Assembly: GCF_964204645.1 (NCBI RefSeq)
Contig: NC_134029.1
Coordinates: 6,138,001-6,202,000 of the forward strand
DNA: 64,000 nucleotides
Direction: 5' to 3'
From: Tubulanus polymorphus
Lineage: Eukaryota; Animalia; Nemertea
In this document: in pieces, positions 1 through 14,394 of the stretch
Numbering within the stretch: position 1 is the stretch's first letter
Layout of the letters: each line of letters opens with the position of its first letter
The notes under the pieces: model-generated
Database searches by the model: none
What the model was told of the DNA's origin: nothing
The model's input: the letters and a program-made list of their open reading frames with translations, nothing else
Position numbers and translations under genes: made by a program

Positions 1-224
1 GGAATGACTAAACACGTATGTTGAGCCGATATCGCTTATGCTAGTGACGATTCGTGATACAGAATTTCCGTCGTATTTCTGTCGTATTTCAGCTTTGCAC
101 GACAAGCCATATAATATTTTAGTCAATTCTTCCATCGGAATCCGATATGTATGTATTCACATGACTGTGTGTGTGAAGAATCCCATCGCGTTTTATGCGC
201 TTAAATAATTCTCTCTTGTTTCAG

Positions 225-3200
225 GCTATCTTTAACTGTATCGTGTCCGATGGACCTAATGAAATTTCCGTTGGATACGCAAATGTGCAACCTTCAAATG
301 GAGAGCTGTAAGTTCGTGCCAGGATCTCTATCCGATATACAAAACGCTGTATATGTTACCCGCTATTTAGTGGAAAGATCGTCATCTTGAAAACGTCATG
401 ATTATTTTGGCGCGTTCGCCCTGGAAAAATAAAGCATTGTGCAGTCGTGAGTTCGGTCAGAGCGGGGCAATACCATAAAAGCGACATCTTTGTATCATCG
501 GATTGTTTTGCTAATGTTTTCTTCTACTTACTGGTCTGGTTATGATACATAATTATGTAGATTAAATGTAATCAATCTTTGTACGCGATATCAAAAGGAA
601 CCGTTTTCTCCTGTATTCTGAATACCCATTTGAAACGTATACGAAACGTACAGAACCGATAAGGGAACTTAAATTGTCGCGACATAATTATTGTCGGCAC
701 GTTGTTGGCACGCGATAACTAAAGGCCCCTTATCCGTAGAAACGCCATGTCTTTAATTTTTCATGAACATTGTTCAAAGATTACTGGAAATCATGGATGT
801 AGCGGATGTTTACATATTTTGTGAAATTAGATATAGATGATCCCGTATCATCAATCAACCGAGAATCCTCCATGGATCCCGTCGGAAAATACATCCTGCC
901 GATCATCGGAGCAATTACTCGATCGTCTGTCTGTATCGATCCGAGCTTTAACAGCGCCGTATTGCAATATTCTCCTCGGATCATTTGGGGCGAAAACAGT
1001 TGCATAACCTATAAATAGTTTTCGGATAAGAGGACTGAATGATTGATCACAAAAAATATGATTTTATCTATTTGCCCATGCTAATAAGCTCCTCTTACTT
1101 CTGTTAGAAATAATACTGAAATTTCGATAGCTATTGAGACAAAGTCGCATTTCCTTGTTTTCATTCAGTACATTCGCTAGAAGTAAGAATCGAAGATGAC
1201 TGAATGTTCGATAGCTTTTGAGACGAATGTGTCGTTATATTTCCATATTGTTATTCAGCACATTCGCTACAGTACTAGTTACAGATATGGGCTACTGATC
1301 ACTTCCCGGATAACTCAAGAATGTCAAATGACTTCGATTGCTATCGTCAATGCGTATGATCTATTTTGAACTTTGTACGGCAGCGATGCAATTATAGATA
1401 TGTTGTATATTATACATTATGCTCGTCATGTAAATCATTAATCCCTTGTCCACGGGTTCAATGAGTTCATCTCATCACGGGGATGACCGAGAATGAAAAC
1501 ATTCGAGCCGTTTAGATATTTCATATTTTGCATGACGATTTTGATAAATTCAATGACAAGTTTTCTTGTAGAACCACATAGATGAGTTCATTGTAAATCT
1601 GCGTAGATTTTCCTAACGACTTCATCTTCATTACAGTTTCGTTTACGACCGATCGTATGAGGTTCGAATGGAACGCTTTGGCGCCCGTAGAGTTGAACGA
1701 ATACATGCAGCTTCCTCAGTTCCAACTCGATCACACCGAAACGATGAACTGCTGGAAATCCTATTCCACGGGTAGGTAATAAGCGCATCAACCAGGCAGA
1801 CTTTGAACTAGATATAAGCATGCAAATCCGACGTATATGGGTACATATTTAGCCCGGAAACAAATCTATTACATCAGTCCTTGTAAATCATCTCGTAGTA
1901 AATATAACTGAATATGAATCTACGTAATAATCTAGAACCAACAAACATATGTATGTACCTTTATGTATTACGTTATCACGGATTATTGGGGCCATCAATT
2001 TTGCTTCATCAATTCATGGTAGCATTGTCGTGACACATATGTTTTTTTTTTACTTAAAAATGTTTCATTGGATTTCGAATGTGAGCGTCGTATCGCTATA
2101 AGGTTCATACTAATGACCGGAAGGGAGCATTGATTACATCGTTGGAAAGACGATACACCCACATCGCCTATTTATTCGTCGAATAAAAAACCTATTTACT
2201 GCTATCTTTCAGGAAATTTCACATGTCTGGAGATAAGGTTTTTCTTGCGTCGCGAAATTGGTTACTACCTAATACAGACGTATGTGCCGAGCATGTTGAT
2301 CGTCATGTTGTCTTGGGTTTCGTTCTGGATCAACGTGGAAGCAGTGCCGGCGCGAATTTCACTCGGTATCATTACCATCCTATCGATGATCACGCAAAGT
2401 TCCGGAATTCGGGCGTCTTTGCCCCGCGTGTCGTACGTCAAGGCCATAGATGTTTGGATGTCGACGTGTTTGGCGTTTGTGTTCCTGGCGATGCTGGAAT
2501 ACGCTATCGTAAATGTTTACAGCCGACACGAGATCAAGAAACGCGTTACGATAAAACGTCGCATGAAGCCGGAAAAATCTACCTTTTCGGAAAGCGTCGC
2601 TTTGGTAAATCTTAAATGAAAAAATTGGTTACCCTGAGTGAATGTTATTACAGTACGCGTATAATGTTTATATTTGTAGTTAACGTAGTTTTTCTCAATT
2701 TGAACTTAACAAACTCCCCTGCGGTTACCCCAGGAGGACAATAAGGGTGCCTTTTGCCTTATATAAAAATTGATATATTTGATAGTATCAACTTTCAAAT
2801 GAATTGTGTTAACATACACAAAGGTAATCGTGATTAAATCATTTGAATTAGATATAAGTCCCACAATCACGAAGCCGAAAAGTCAAAATAAAGAAACGTT
2901 AGAATTTATCATTAAAAATCTGAATTTTCGATTTTCCGCTAAAGACCATTGTCAAGGAATACCGGTAGTGGAAAACCGAAGATTCGGAATTTTTATCATA
3001 AATTTCAACGTTTCTTTATCTCAACTTTTTGGATTCGTGATTGTGGGACTTATATTCAACTCTTCACTTGCAAAATTTTACCTCCAAATCATTCGAACAT
3101 TTCAGCATTCTTCGAACGGCGGCGGCGGTGCCGAGAATAAGAAGATTCGCGAGGAGCTATACCTGAGGGATCCAACGGGCAAAAAGACAGCTCGAACGAT

Positions 3201-3378
3201 CGATAAAATAAGCCGCCACATGTTCCCCATTCTTTTTACGCTTTTCAACATTTCCTATTGGCTTATATACAATTTGATGAATGACCGATGGAATCTAGGA
3301 AACGATCACTCGCACGCCAAGGGATCTAACACCGTAATGGGGACAGACGACATTCTAACGCCCCGAGGGCACCATTGA
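225..3378 (+). CDS. Cys-loop ligand-gated chloride channel subunit A (glycine receptor alpha/GluCl-like), 5'-partial
   Basis: GT-AG exons in consistent phase: 225-307 (Cys-loop [15 protein letters not shown]), 1637-1771 (loop B to loop C, CWKSYSTG), 2213-2604 (NFTC, M1-M3, PAR anion filter, SYVKAIDVW), 3106-3378 (M4, [10 protein letters not shown]). The upstream exons lie outside the window. Confidence 0.93.
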
Positions 3379-5718
3379 TCCTGAACAATTATGACTAGTC
3401 GCAGCGCCTCCATGTCATTTTTACACTTATTGGCTACGTAGATGAAGCGAACAGCCGCGAAAAAAGCCGTGAACGTTCCGTCGCTCCTTTGTACTACGCA
3501 TTTTAGATTGTGACTATCTATCTGCTAATACTAACATGACACACATCATTTTATGTAAAATATTAAACTGTGATACTTACATGCGAAATAAAAAAAAAAC
3601 ATGTGCTTATTTTGTACACTATCTAAAGCTCGTTGCGAAATTAATCATCCGGACTCGACTAGCCTGGTTTTCCGATATTTATGCGTTGTGCCAGGTAATA
3701 TGATATGATTTGGATTGGATCTACATACAACAATAATAAAGATCTATGCGTTCAAACGGCAACGACTGTATGACTATATTCCCAGATCATCGAAACCGTG
3801 AAACAAACAGCTACACGTCTGTGAACGACTGTACGACTTTTCCCAGATTTAAAGACCTTCACCGTTCTATCTCTATAGATCTTTTCGTCATAATTATAGT
3901 GAATGGCATCTTGATACAAGCATAGACGTAGAAACTAGTTTATAACATCTTTGATACAAGCCACAATTAGTACATCTATATTTTAGAGCGATTCCGTCAG
4001 AAAGCCCATAACCAAATCGCATCGCGTCGACAAAGAATATATTCATCCACTAATAAAATAAAGGAGTAATCGACTTTGTTTCTGGATCAAATTATGCAGC
4101 AACAGAGAAAATTGTATAATTATTGTTTGCCTGTTTCAGAGTGTTCGCGCGTCAGTATTTGCTCAATTGGTGCAAAACTCATGTTGGCTTACACATAGGC
4201 TTATACTCACCGTTAAAACACAACGTTGATAAAAATGAAAATCGTGAAAGACAAATACCACATTTTTATATTGGCAGTTTATTGAACAGCTGTATAAATT
4301 CACAGGACACTTTGTTAGCATGCAGGAACATGTTATTTATTAACATGCTTGGCACGGACCACATTGCCTCAAACCAGTACGATCCATCTGATCATATGCA
4401 GTTGGGTATTTACAAAATATCTCCGAGGCTGTGTTCCCACGGGATGTAATATAACGCATACACACGCCCGTAGAGTGACTGGTTTTATGGGCAGTTCGCT
4501 TTCCATGCGGACCATTTTGGTGGACCTTTTTGAAACGAGGTCAAAGTAAAAACGGTACCTAGTGACAGCATATACGTTACGACAGGGCTTCCTTGGTGTC
4601 CAATACCAGTCCTACGCACTTGTAATCCTATGAGACCGGGAGTACATAGGACTATCTTTTATTCAATTTCAGCAATAGCAATATCACTTTACAAGAGCGG
4701 AACTATTTTAAAAAAGAAGAATACTTTCGCCATCTGCCATCGTTCAGATGGCTGAGATCAAAAATGCTATTGTAATACTAAGTGTATTTTGATGATATGC
4801 AAAGAATTTTTTTAAAAGAATTTTCCAATTATATTCAAGAAAGCTGTAATAAATGTCAAGTGCATCATTAACTATTCATTCTATCGTAAAATTTCAAAAA
4901 GTTCGAAAGGCCCTTTCTGCCATTGATACGAATAAAAAAGTTGTTGTTTTTCTTTATTCACTTAGAACTGAAGTTTAGGTAGCATTCCTCTAACACAGAG
5001 GCAGGTGCATATATATACACAATCGCTTTCGTCTCCAATATCATCAACACGACGTGTGCAGATGCTCATCAGAACAAGATGATGTTTCTAAAGCTTCTTG
5101 CCCCTCTCTTTTTTCAGCACTGTAGAAAAATTGGTAAACGAAATGCGTCGATGGGTTAGATAATACAAGTACTTGTTTGAAAGTCATCTGATAGTGGTGC
5201 GGTTCGAAAATACCGCTGCGCAACTTTAAAGTTGTATATATGAGCACGGAAACGCCATGTTATACGGGGAAGATTTTTTTTCGAGTTATGTAATATGAAC
5301 AAATGTATCAGCAAATTACATAATTTCAAGTCAGAGAGTACATCGAAAATTAATTACACGGAGCCTACATGAATATACCATGTATTAACTACTTCAGTCC
5401 CAGATTCACTCAGGGAAAGTGAATAGGAAAAAACTCGGTCAAGGATGCGTAACCTGTTTTGATGAGTGGGTATTTCTATACACCGTCAGGGCGGCGCAAT
5501 TATGGTTTGTTCACTATAGATCAACGCTTATTACGATTGGTACGTAATATTTCAGCTGGTTGGGATCATCCACGGCGGTGGTGGTGACGTGCGCATATGT
5601 TTGACGTTTCGGCGTAAGCATCGCTGACAGCACACGGCGAGCGCTCGGCGTTTTGGCGGAAATAGGAAATCTTTCGAATTTCGTGGAACTGTTCGTGTCC
5701 GACTTACAACGGAAGAAT

Positions 5719-8700
5719 ATGAAGTGCGCTGTCGTCTGTTTCGTTATTACGGCGATACTTACGTGGACAGGTGAATGCGCACCGCAGATGAAAAGGTAAG
5801 GACTCGTTTTATGAGCGAATAAAATTCCACCATTTAGAACAGGAAGAAAAGCTGACATCGCGTTTAAAAAGTCTACCCGAGAATCAATGGAAATTTTTTG
5901 AAAAAATTTGAATTCTGAAATAATACGCATGTATAATGTAATTGTAGTTTATACACGATATTATTACAATATTGTTAGGATGTCTCAGTTTTTTCTTAAT
6001 AGTAAATGATGAATGGTGATTCATAGCTAACCATGGGTACCATTCAACTATTCAATGTCACATTTTTTGTCCATAGAACACCTGGCACATTCAGTTGAAT
6101 GCATGGAATAGGGTAAAAACACATTGAATAGCTATAGTTTAATATATCCATAACACATATTAGTTGCTATAAACAGCGTGTTGTGTATGTAAAATATCAT
6201 GTACCGATCGATTTTCGATATGTGAATTGACCCGACGTCTCTCGTAAAGCACGATAAATTTTCCTTCTTAGATAATTATCCTAATACGTGTGCATTCAAT
6301 GATTAAAAAACGACTAAAACAATAGCCGAGTTTGAGTGCCATGTACGGGTTGTGCTTTATGACGTCGAAGCATCTGTGACAATACGAGTAATGTCACAGA
6401 TGCGGAGTAACCTAAACGCGGCCTTTTGTCAAGCTTGGTAACAATTCATGTAAATTTTCAATAGCTTTGGAGGAATTTGGGCAGTTTTGTTGTCATATTA
6501 TTTTCATATACAGGAGTTGAACATAAGGGCATACAGAGAATACCGCTTGAAAGACTCTTAAAAGTGTTAACAAACTGAATATCGTTTGATGTTTAACTAT
6601 TCATTCTAACTCGGCCATTATTCTTGGCTTTTGAAGTTTAAACAAATATTTGAACATGATTTTTCTGTCGAGTTTACTATTTGGTATTTGCCGGGGAGAT
6701 ATTATTTTCGAAAACAAATTTCAATACGTTGTCGTATTATTTGCATTAGTTTGATTTCAATATATTCCAGATCGGAATTTGTGAGCAAACTGCTGTCGGA
6801 CTACGACGAAAAGTTCCCTCCGAACATCGACGCAGGTGAATATGATGTTATTTGTCTCAACGAGACCACCTGTGTTCGGAGAAATATGTAACGATCGTCC
6901 GTTATCAATATTTCAGATTCGCCTACTGTTGTATCTTGCGATGTTATCGTCGAAAGCTTTGATCGAATCAATGAATTGCACATGGTAAGCGTTGAGCACT
7001 CTTATCGGTGTTGCATCGTGAACTCTGTACTCTGTCATAGGGAAAAGCATACATACTTAATCGTCTGTAATAAGTTATGAAACAATATTAGTAGATATCA
7101 AGTTATGTCTATTAATAGTTAATGAGTCTACCGGGAAACAACCGTATATAACAACGGTATATGCCTCGTAAAGACTCTCTTACTACTTGAATCAATACTT
7201 TTCAAATTAGAATTGAAATCAATTCCTCTAATAATACATGAAGCTGAGAGTGTCACATTTTCAACTACGCATTTGCATTGATTATTGATAAAAAGATACT
7301 AAAAATCGGTCGCCCCTCGCACTAATGATCCTAATTATGAATTATTCATTTGAATTTATTTTTACAGGAATACCAAGTTACGCTGTTTTTGCGTTTTACA
7401 TGGAACGACCCTCGACTCATTTTTGATAAGGCGGTTAACATGTCCATGATCACCCTCGATGCCGGTTTCGTCAGCAAGTTTTGGGTGCCAGACATATTTT
7501 TCACGAACAGCAAAAGCGGCTCTTTTCACCAGCTTACCGTCACGAATAAATACTTGGAGATTTTCAGAAATGGAAACGTCACATTTGTTGGAAGGTTTGA
7601 GCCGTTAGAAATGAATCCAACTCGGCAGATGCTCGATCATCGTTGCAATCCGTTCTGGGCCCAATTTGATAATTAAGAATGACAGTTACGAATTAACCAT
7701 GAATGAAATACGGGTCACGTATCTGATAGAGAAAATAGTATGAAAATCTATTATCGAAATATTACATAAAATATTGTAATGATCGTCGACTGTTTAACTG
7801 CAAATTAACCACGAACGCCAACGCTATTTGTATGGAAAAGTATTTGGTAATTTACGTACTTGTTGATGAAAATTCAGCAGATATTGCGGTAAACCGAGCG
7901 CAACAAGTCTAATAACGTTAGCGACCACTTTTTCAACGTAACGTCGGCAAATTACCATCCGTAATTTCATCAACAAGAGAAGATCCAAACACTCTGAAGG
8001 CATCGCATTCCCTCCCATTGGTGCTTTATTTTTTTGTTTTTCCAGTTATTCGCATGTTAGTTTTGCAGCCGCTTTTATTTCAGGTTATCGTTGATATTGT
8101 CCTGCCCGATGGATCTCGTAAAGTTCCCGCTGGATGGACAAATGTGCCCTCTGAGACTGGAAAGCTGTAAGTGAAAATCTGTTTAGTGTTGGTACATATA
8201 CGTACGATCTCTTAAATTAGGCATTTGAGCAGTTATGGGCGTCGAGATAAACTATTTTATGGCCGTTTTACGGTCGTTTGTCCATCGTGATACGTGATAC
8301 GCTTGAACTGAAATGTACCATTCGATTCGATGCATACATTGAGCCCATTTAACAAAGTATTGATACCAAGCAATGTTTTGCTTTGATCTCAAGTGATACA
8401 CGTAAATTTCCACTTTTCTCATTGACAGTTAAGGACCCTTTTGGGCGCGTAAATCTGCTTTCCACGAAACAAAAGCTAACGTTAACTTGTTTTCTACGAA
8501 AAACTTGTTTTATTTCATCTTTGTAGTTGCATTTAAGAAATCACAGATGGAGCTGCGGTGGTTTGGTAAAAATCCGGTACGATTCAATAGACATTTGCGC
8601 ATGGCCAGATACGACCTTGTACAGCATGAAAATAAAGAATGCTACGGATCCAGTCACGTCCATGGTAAGCACTCTTACCTCGAGTAATCAACTCCATCAA

Positions 8701-10976
8701 TTGATAAGTACACGATGATTGCATAATCAACATACCATAACATCATCTCAACCTAATAAACGACGAAGAGACCGGTATTAGGCACAGATATCGAACAGGC
8801 GCAGACGATTTAGCCCGGTGTCATGTAATGAAATGTTTCCGCTTGTTCATACCCCTTAATAAAATAAAGATAATAATCTTTATTTAAATTGTTTACAATA
8901 GATCTCAGGATTAAGGGTTAGGGTAAGGGTCAGCAGCCCATTATGACTCTCCATTTATTGTTGGGGGCATCTGTCATCGGGGGGGGGGGGCTTCTGATTC
9001 TATGATACCGCACTTGCTATTTGATTGTAATGATCGCAAATGTGTGCGGTGGGCGTAACGTTTGCGTCTTACAGGTTTTTTACTGTAACCGTTAAGTCAT
9101 TAGTGCATTAGAATTACCAGATTAAAGTGGCTTGACGCCCCATTTCTACTGGTGAATCATCGTTTATTCTATCAAGGACTGTAGAAAAATATTGTTCTCG
9201 TCAGATAACAATAGGCTAACCAATGTGCGAAATGCATAGAAATTGACGTTTTTAGTGGACATCATCGCTGCTGTAATTATGCATGTCTGTCGAATCGTTT
9301 ATCAATATGGGCTCTCCAGCTAATGGCCATGTCTTTGAAATATTTATACGCGATATCCTACACAACAATAAGTCATGGTAATCGCAGGGGAATTAGGAAC
9401 GAATCTCGGTGATAGGTGATATATATCTAATCTGTTTGGAATATTGAAACGTTGTACTGGCTGGCTCACATGCGTAACGATACATTTAAGCGCAATTTAT
9501 TCCGATAACTCGATGTGGAATGTTATATTGTTATTGACGTGTTGATAGTAAATGCGTTGATAATTTTTCCATGATAATTCAATTTCAGTTATCACTACAC
9601 GGTGTATGTCCCTTTTATCGTCGACTTTTTATCATTAGTATACAACAGGTCATTTCATCAATTACGATAAAAGTACAGCAGATTCTTCGAAAATCGCATT
9701 GATTGACACTGTTCTATTTTCATTGGGCTTCTTAGCGTATTAGATGAATTGTACTTTCAAATCTGTCCTTGATCTAGCCAAACATTTTCGAATTCGAATC
9801 GATATACGAAACTGTTCTCTTCTTCTCTTTTCGTTTAGCATATCCGTGTCTCGAAATACGATTTTTCCTGCAAAGAAAAGTCGGCTTCTATCTGATTCAA
9901 GTGTACCTACCGAGCGTGCTGATAGTCTCCGTGTCGTGGATATCGTTTTGGATCAACGCCGAAGCCATACCGGCGCGAGTATCGCTGAGCGTCGTCACAA
10001 TACTGGCGATGATCACTCAGAGTTCGGGTATCAACGCCGCGCTACCGAAGGTATCCTACGTCAAAGCGATCGACGTCTGGGTGGCGATGTGTCAGATTTT
10101 CGTATTCGCCGCGTTGATTCAGTACGCCTTTATAAGTATGCTGATCAGGGAGGAAATAAAGCCCGTTCAATTCAAACAGATCAGGAAGAAAAAACCCGCA
10201 AACGGAGACGCCGAGGAGATGCGTATGATGGTAAATTGAATTTCAAAACTAGATTCTATCCAATCACGTATATCGACGATCGCTAAACATGCCGTTACAA
10301 GCCAGCGGCGATTTGATCGAATATCTAATTTTAGCTGATTAGATTCACGAACGTCTCTACTTGAATTGATTGGTAGTTTTTGTACTGGATAATAATATTC
10401 AGAATCCAGTTCAACAGTCGTGTGAAATGTCGTATATATTCAAATTGACAAATGTAGATCCAGAACTGTGGAACTGGGCTCTACCACTACCTGGAAGCTA
10501 CGTAACGTAACACGTGGCATTCTGGGTGACTTTCGGTTATCAAAGTTAGTCGACTATAAGTGAAACCGAATCTCAGTTAGTCGGAACTATTTGGTCCGGA
10601 AATAGTCGACCACGCAATTGAGCACGGTCGCTGTAGTTCGGACGTATTTCCAAGATGGCCGACACTGTGAAATACGCTGTGCGTACGGTTATCAATTCCG
10701 ACCACTTAGTCGACTGGCTATAAAAACCGAATCTCGATGGGGTACATTTTTCGACGACTCTGATACTAAGATTTCATAATGTTTTTTCAGGATCAATCGA
10801 AGAAGACTGACGACGAACGACATCCCGAGACGAAGATTAGCGATAGTAAAAGAACAGCTCGCCGCTTGGATTTCATGTCCCGGTGGCTCTATCCAACAGC
10901 TTTCCTCGTGTTCAACATTGTCTACTGGATCGTATACTGCTCTCTAAGCAACAAATGGGTACCGGGGATGCCTTAA
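5719..10976 (+). CDS. Cys-loop ligand-gated chloride channel subunit B (GlyR/GluCl-like), complete, ~411 aa
   Basis: Exons 5719-5795 (signal peptide MKCAVVCFVITAILTWTGECA), 6771-6835, 6917-6984, 7368-7594 (WNDPRL, WVPDIFF), 8084-8166 (CPMDLVKFPLDGQMC), 8527-8664, 9839-10230 (M1-M3, PAR), 10791-10976 (M4). Total 1236 nt, phases consistent, all introns GT-AG. Confidence 0.92.
10527..10735. mobile_element. MITE-like element with imperfect ~25-bp TIRs in the last intron of channel B
   Basis: Left end ttcggttatcaaagttagtcgacta resembles the reverse complement of right end ttagtcgactggctataaaaaccgaa. TAGTCGAC recurs internally. Confidence 0.5.
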
Positions 10977-13108
10977 AATTACCTGACAGCTACCCGCGCA
11001 TCGAAAAGACGAAAAGGACTCGAGAAACGTAAAATCGATAAAAAATTGAAGAAACAGCTCAGATATATTCATTTGAACATTGATTTGCATAAAATTGTTT
11101 ATTCGGGCGAACGTTTCTAATGCAAACTTAAGAGAATTCCTGTCGTCTAATCGAGTGCATAACGTTCAGGACTTAAAAATGTCATGTCATGAGAGATGTA
11201 AGCGCATCGTCTGGTTACTTAATGTGACGGTTTTTTCACATTTTTATATGTATATATGAATAGTAATTAATGATATCTCATCAAATAGCGTCAAGTTACA
11301 TGTTTATCACAGTTACGCTCTATTTCACAGTGTTTTTAACTGGGTTTAGCCTACTTTATGTCAAATGAATATTCTACCTCTTTGCTTCGGTATGGTTTAA
11401 GTGGGGTGAAAATTTAAGCACTATCTACTTCGATATTTCTAATAAACCGCTATCAACTATTAGTGTAGTACATTCTAAATAAGTTCACTGAATCTCGTAT
11501 TCATCTAGCGAACCGTATAATCTTATATTAGAAATGAATGCTCAATTTGTAAGTGTGAAACGCTGGTCATTCAACTTTCACGTAGGACCATACCTACCTC
11601 TTAACTAACTAGATGTTGCTGCTGCTTCATCAAAACGCAGTAGTAATGCGTTAGAAATAAAGATTTTCCTATGGGAATCTAGAGCGTTTAAGAGAGTTTA
11701 ATCATATGTATATATATATATTGTATAAATTAATATACGTGAACTGTTTATTATTATGTCAGTAACATGTTTTTTATAGCAATCGAATTAATAAAATTTA
11801 GGGATGAAGAATGTGTCATTACTGGCCCATTAGTCGTTGGTTTTTCTATCATTGACGGTGTTACTTTTCAAATAGATTACGAAAGTTGAAACGCGTCTTC
11901 TGACAGTTTAATGAATGTTTTATAGTGTTGAGACGACGGTAATAACGCGCATCGTAAATTAGGCGCTTGCTATCAAGTGCTAAGTGTGCTTAGGAAGAAC
12001 ACCGAAAAAAACTCGACGGTTTCGTCGCCTTTGCAATCAAAGAAGGACGTGACATCCGCAGGAAAATTTTTGCATCCGCTTTGCTCAAACGACAACTCTT
12101 TCAGTGCCAGTACGTTCAGCAAACTATGGATGAACCGTTAAAAAGGATTTTGGCTTATGCTAGGAATGAATCGGCCAGAACATCCAAATACTATCTCGCA
12201 GATGATGTATGCTGGGAAATCTATATTGGTGACCACATTTGCACGAATTCAAACGATGCATAAATAGTTCATACATGATTTTCGGTGATCTCTTTTGAGG
12301 TAAAGGCTTAATGTTTCTATTTCTTATATATATCGTCTAGCACACTAGTTCTGATGAAAGACTTGGTCAATACAATCGGAGATCGGACCATGTAAGCATC
12401 GCTTTCGTATTTACAGTATTTACATGAAAAGTGGTTCGCTCCTTTTCTATCAGTGAAGTACCGCTGACGGTATTTCAGGTTTATGTATACTACGTATTCA
12501 CCCGGCGTCTGGCGGCATACGCACTGGCAGACGGGTCATTATGTCTATCTGAATGTCCCCCTATTCGGGATGACCACCTAATTAATTTGATTCCTGTAAT
12601 CGCAATTTTCAGGGAAAGCTGCAATGAAACCGACAAATGACATTAAAGACAGGTAATGAGACGCACCAGGTTTATACGTGACAGCGTTTTAGATGGAAAA
12701 CCTTACCACATTTATTCAATATATAGTTCAAATTATCATAAATAATCGTATAATCTAGAGGAAGAAAGATATTCACAAAATGTTCCATTAATGACGTTGA
12801 GTTTCAAGCGCAGTTATGTGTAGACCAATATTCACTGTGTAGTGAAAATCTTCAAATTCCATTCAAATCAATATTACATTTCGGTATCGTTCGCCAGACT
12901 CGACAAACCGCAGGAACTTCCGCCATTTCAATTCTTCTCGCATATTTGCAAAATTTCTTCAGGATATTCACCGAAACGGTGAACAGTTAAATTTTTGTCT
13001 CCGATCCTGTCGTGTTATTAGCAGCCAAGACGTGTTTGGTTTTCTCAAAGGTCACTTCAGCTAATTGTGTCAAACCTAAGGCTAAAAATGATACTTCATC
13101 GATCACAT

Positions 13109-13414
13109 CGATCACACGAGAATTTTTGGCCCGTGCCAAATATTGGCCCGGAACAACTGTTCACACGGGTGCCAAATGGGCCAGTTTGGCCCGATCAAAA
13201 ACGTCGGACCAGGCCCGAGCCAAATTTTAGCACCATACAAAAATCATTGCATTTGAATTGCAACTGGCACCGGAAATGATCCACTTCGCTTTGTTTGAGC
13301 ATTGTTTAGTATCGAGTGAATGGTTTGCGTGTGAACGCGCTCTCTAATTAGGCACGGGCCAAATTTGGCCCTAGCCTGATCCGTGCCAAATCGTCTCCGT
13401 GTGATCGCGGCTTT
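13109..13414. mobile_element. MITE, PIF/Harbinger-like non-autonomous element (left end eroded)
   Basis: cgatcacacg (13109) is inverted as cgtgtgatcg (13398-13407), followed by cggcttta. The interior carries many tggcccg/gccaaa subterminal repeats in both orientations. Confidence 0.55.
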
Positions 13415-14394
13415 AGTTTCTCCTAACCGGCTGAGTCATTCCGTAAACCGCAATAAAAATTCGCAATCAGTCCATTTCTTTAGCTGACTGGTCTGTTGTG
13501 CAGTAAGTTTGATCATAATTTAAGAAAAAACAATGTACAGGGCCAAGGTAGATAGACGGCCGGCCGGGTCGGCTTTAAGCTCAGCAGAAAGGAGAAACAA
13601 GGTATCCATTTTTTTCTAGCCTAAATGATATGACATTGTGTACTAGACTATAGGAAATAAGAGTACTCGCTTTCCACCAGTCGATAACGATGGATTTGTT
13701 TCGGTTTGTTTGCACCTCGCTTATTTGCAAACGTTTTTTTTTTCCAGGATATTCACTGAAACTGAATGCTACTACAGACAGTTCAGAATTAGTTAGAATC
13801 TTTTCGTCTCGGTCTTATCGAATTATTGGCAGAAACGTGGCGAACATAACAATACGGCATTGTATCTTAGACCGAAGGAAATTAGAGTAGTCGCTTTACA
13901 CGGCCGATAACGATGGATTTGGTTGCGTTAAAAAGCTCGGTTTGCTCAGCAGAGATTTGATGACTAATTTAGTAGACTTCTATTATATAAAAAAACAACA
14001 CAGATTATGTAATATATAAATCAGCGTTATTTAATTTGGTTTTTTTTTTACATTGATACTGTTATTGGGAATTGAAATCAACATGGCGGACTGTAGAGTC
14101 GTGTCATTGGCACGGGAGCTAAAAACTTCCTTTTGGGAACAAGAACATTTGGTTTTCCTAGGAATAACCGCATAAGGAAGAACCGTAACATCGGACTGTG
14201 CATTCTGGTGAGATTTTGTCGAAGTTTGAAGCTTTTAACTACTGAATTTGACAAGTTAAAGTTTCCATAGAACATAAGTGTGGACATTTTCGTATATAGA
14301 GTACAGGCTATTATAGCACACTCTGTATAGTACAGCCTGTTCACCGTTCCGCTTGAGTTATTTTCGGTCGTGAAAGGTTATTGAGAACTGTAAA

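Noticed and set aside
8910-8932. taagggttagggtaaggg telomere-like repeat
   Set aside because: Only about three imperfect units; too short to call an interstitial telomere.
12352-12375. ctgatgaaagacttggtc hammerhead-like core
   Set aside because: Lacks the GAAA after stem II and has no flanking stems.
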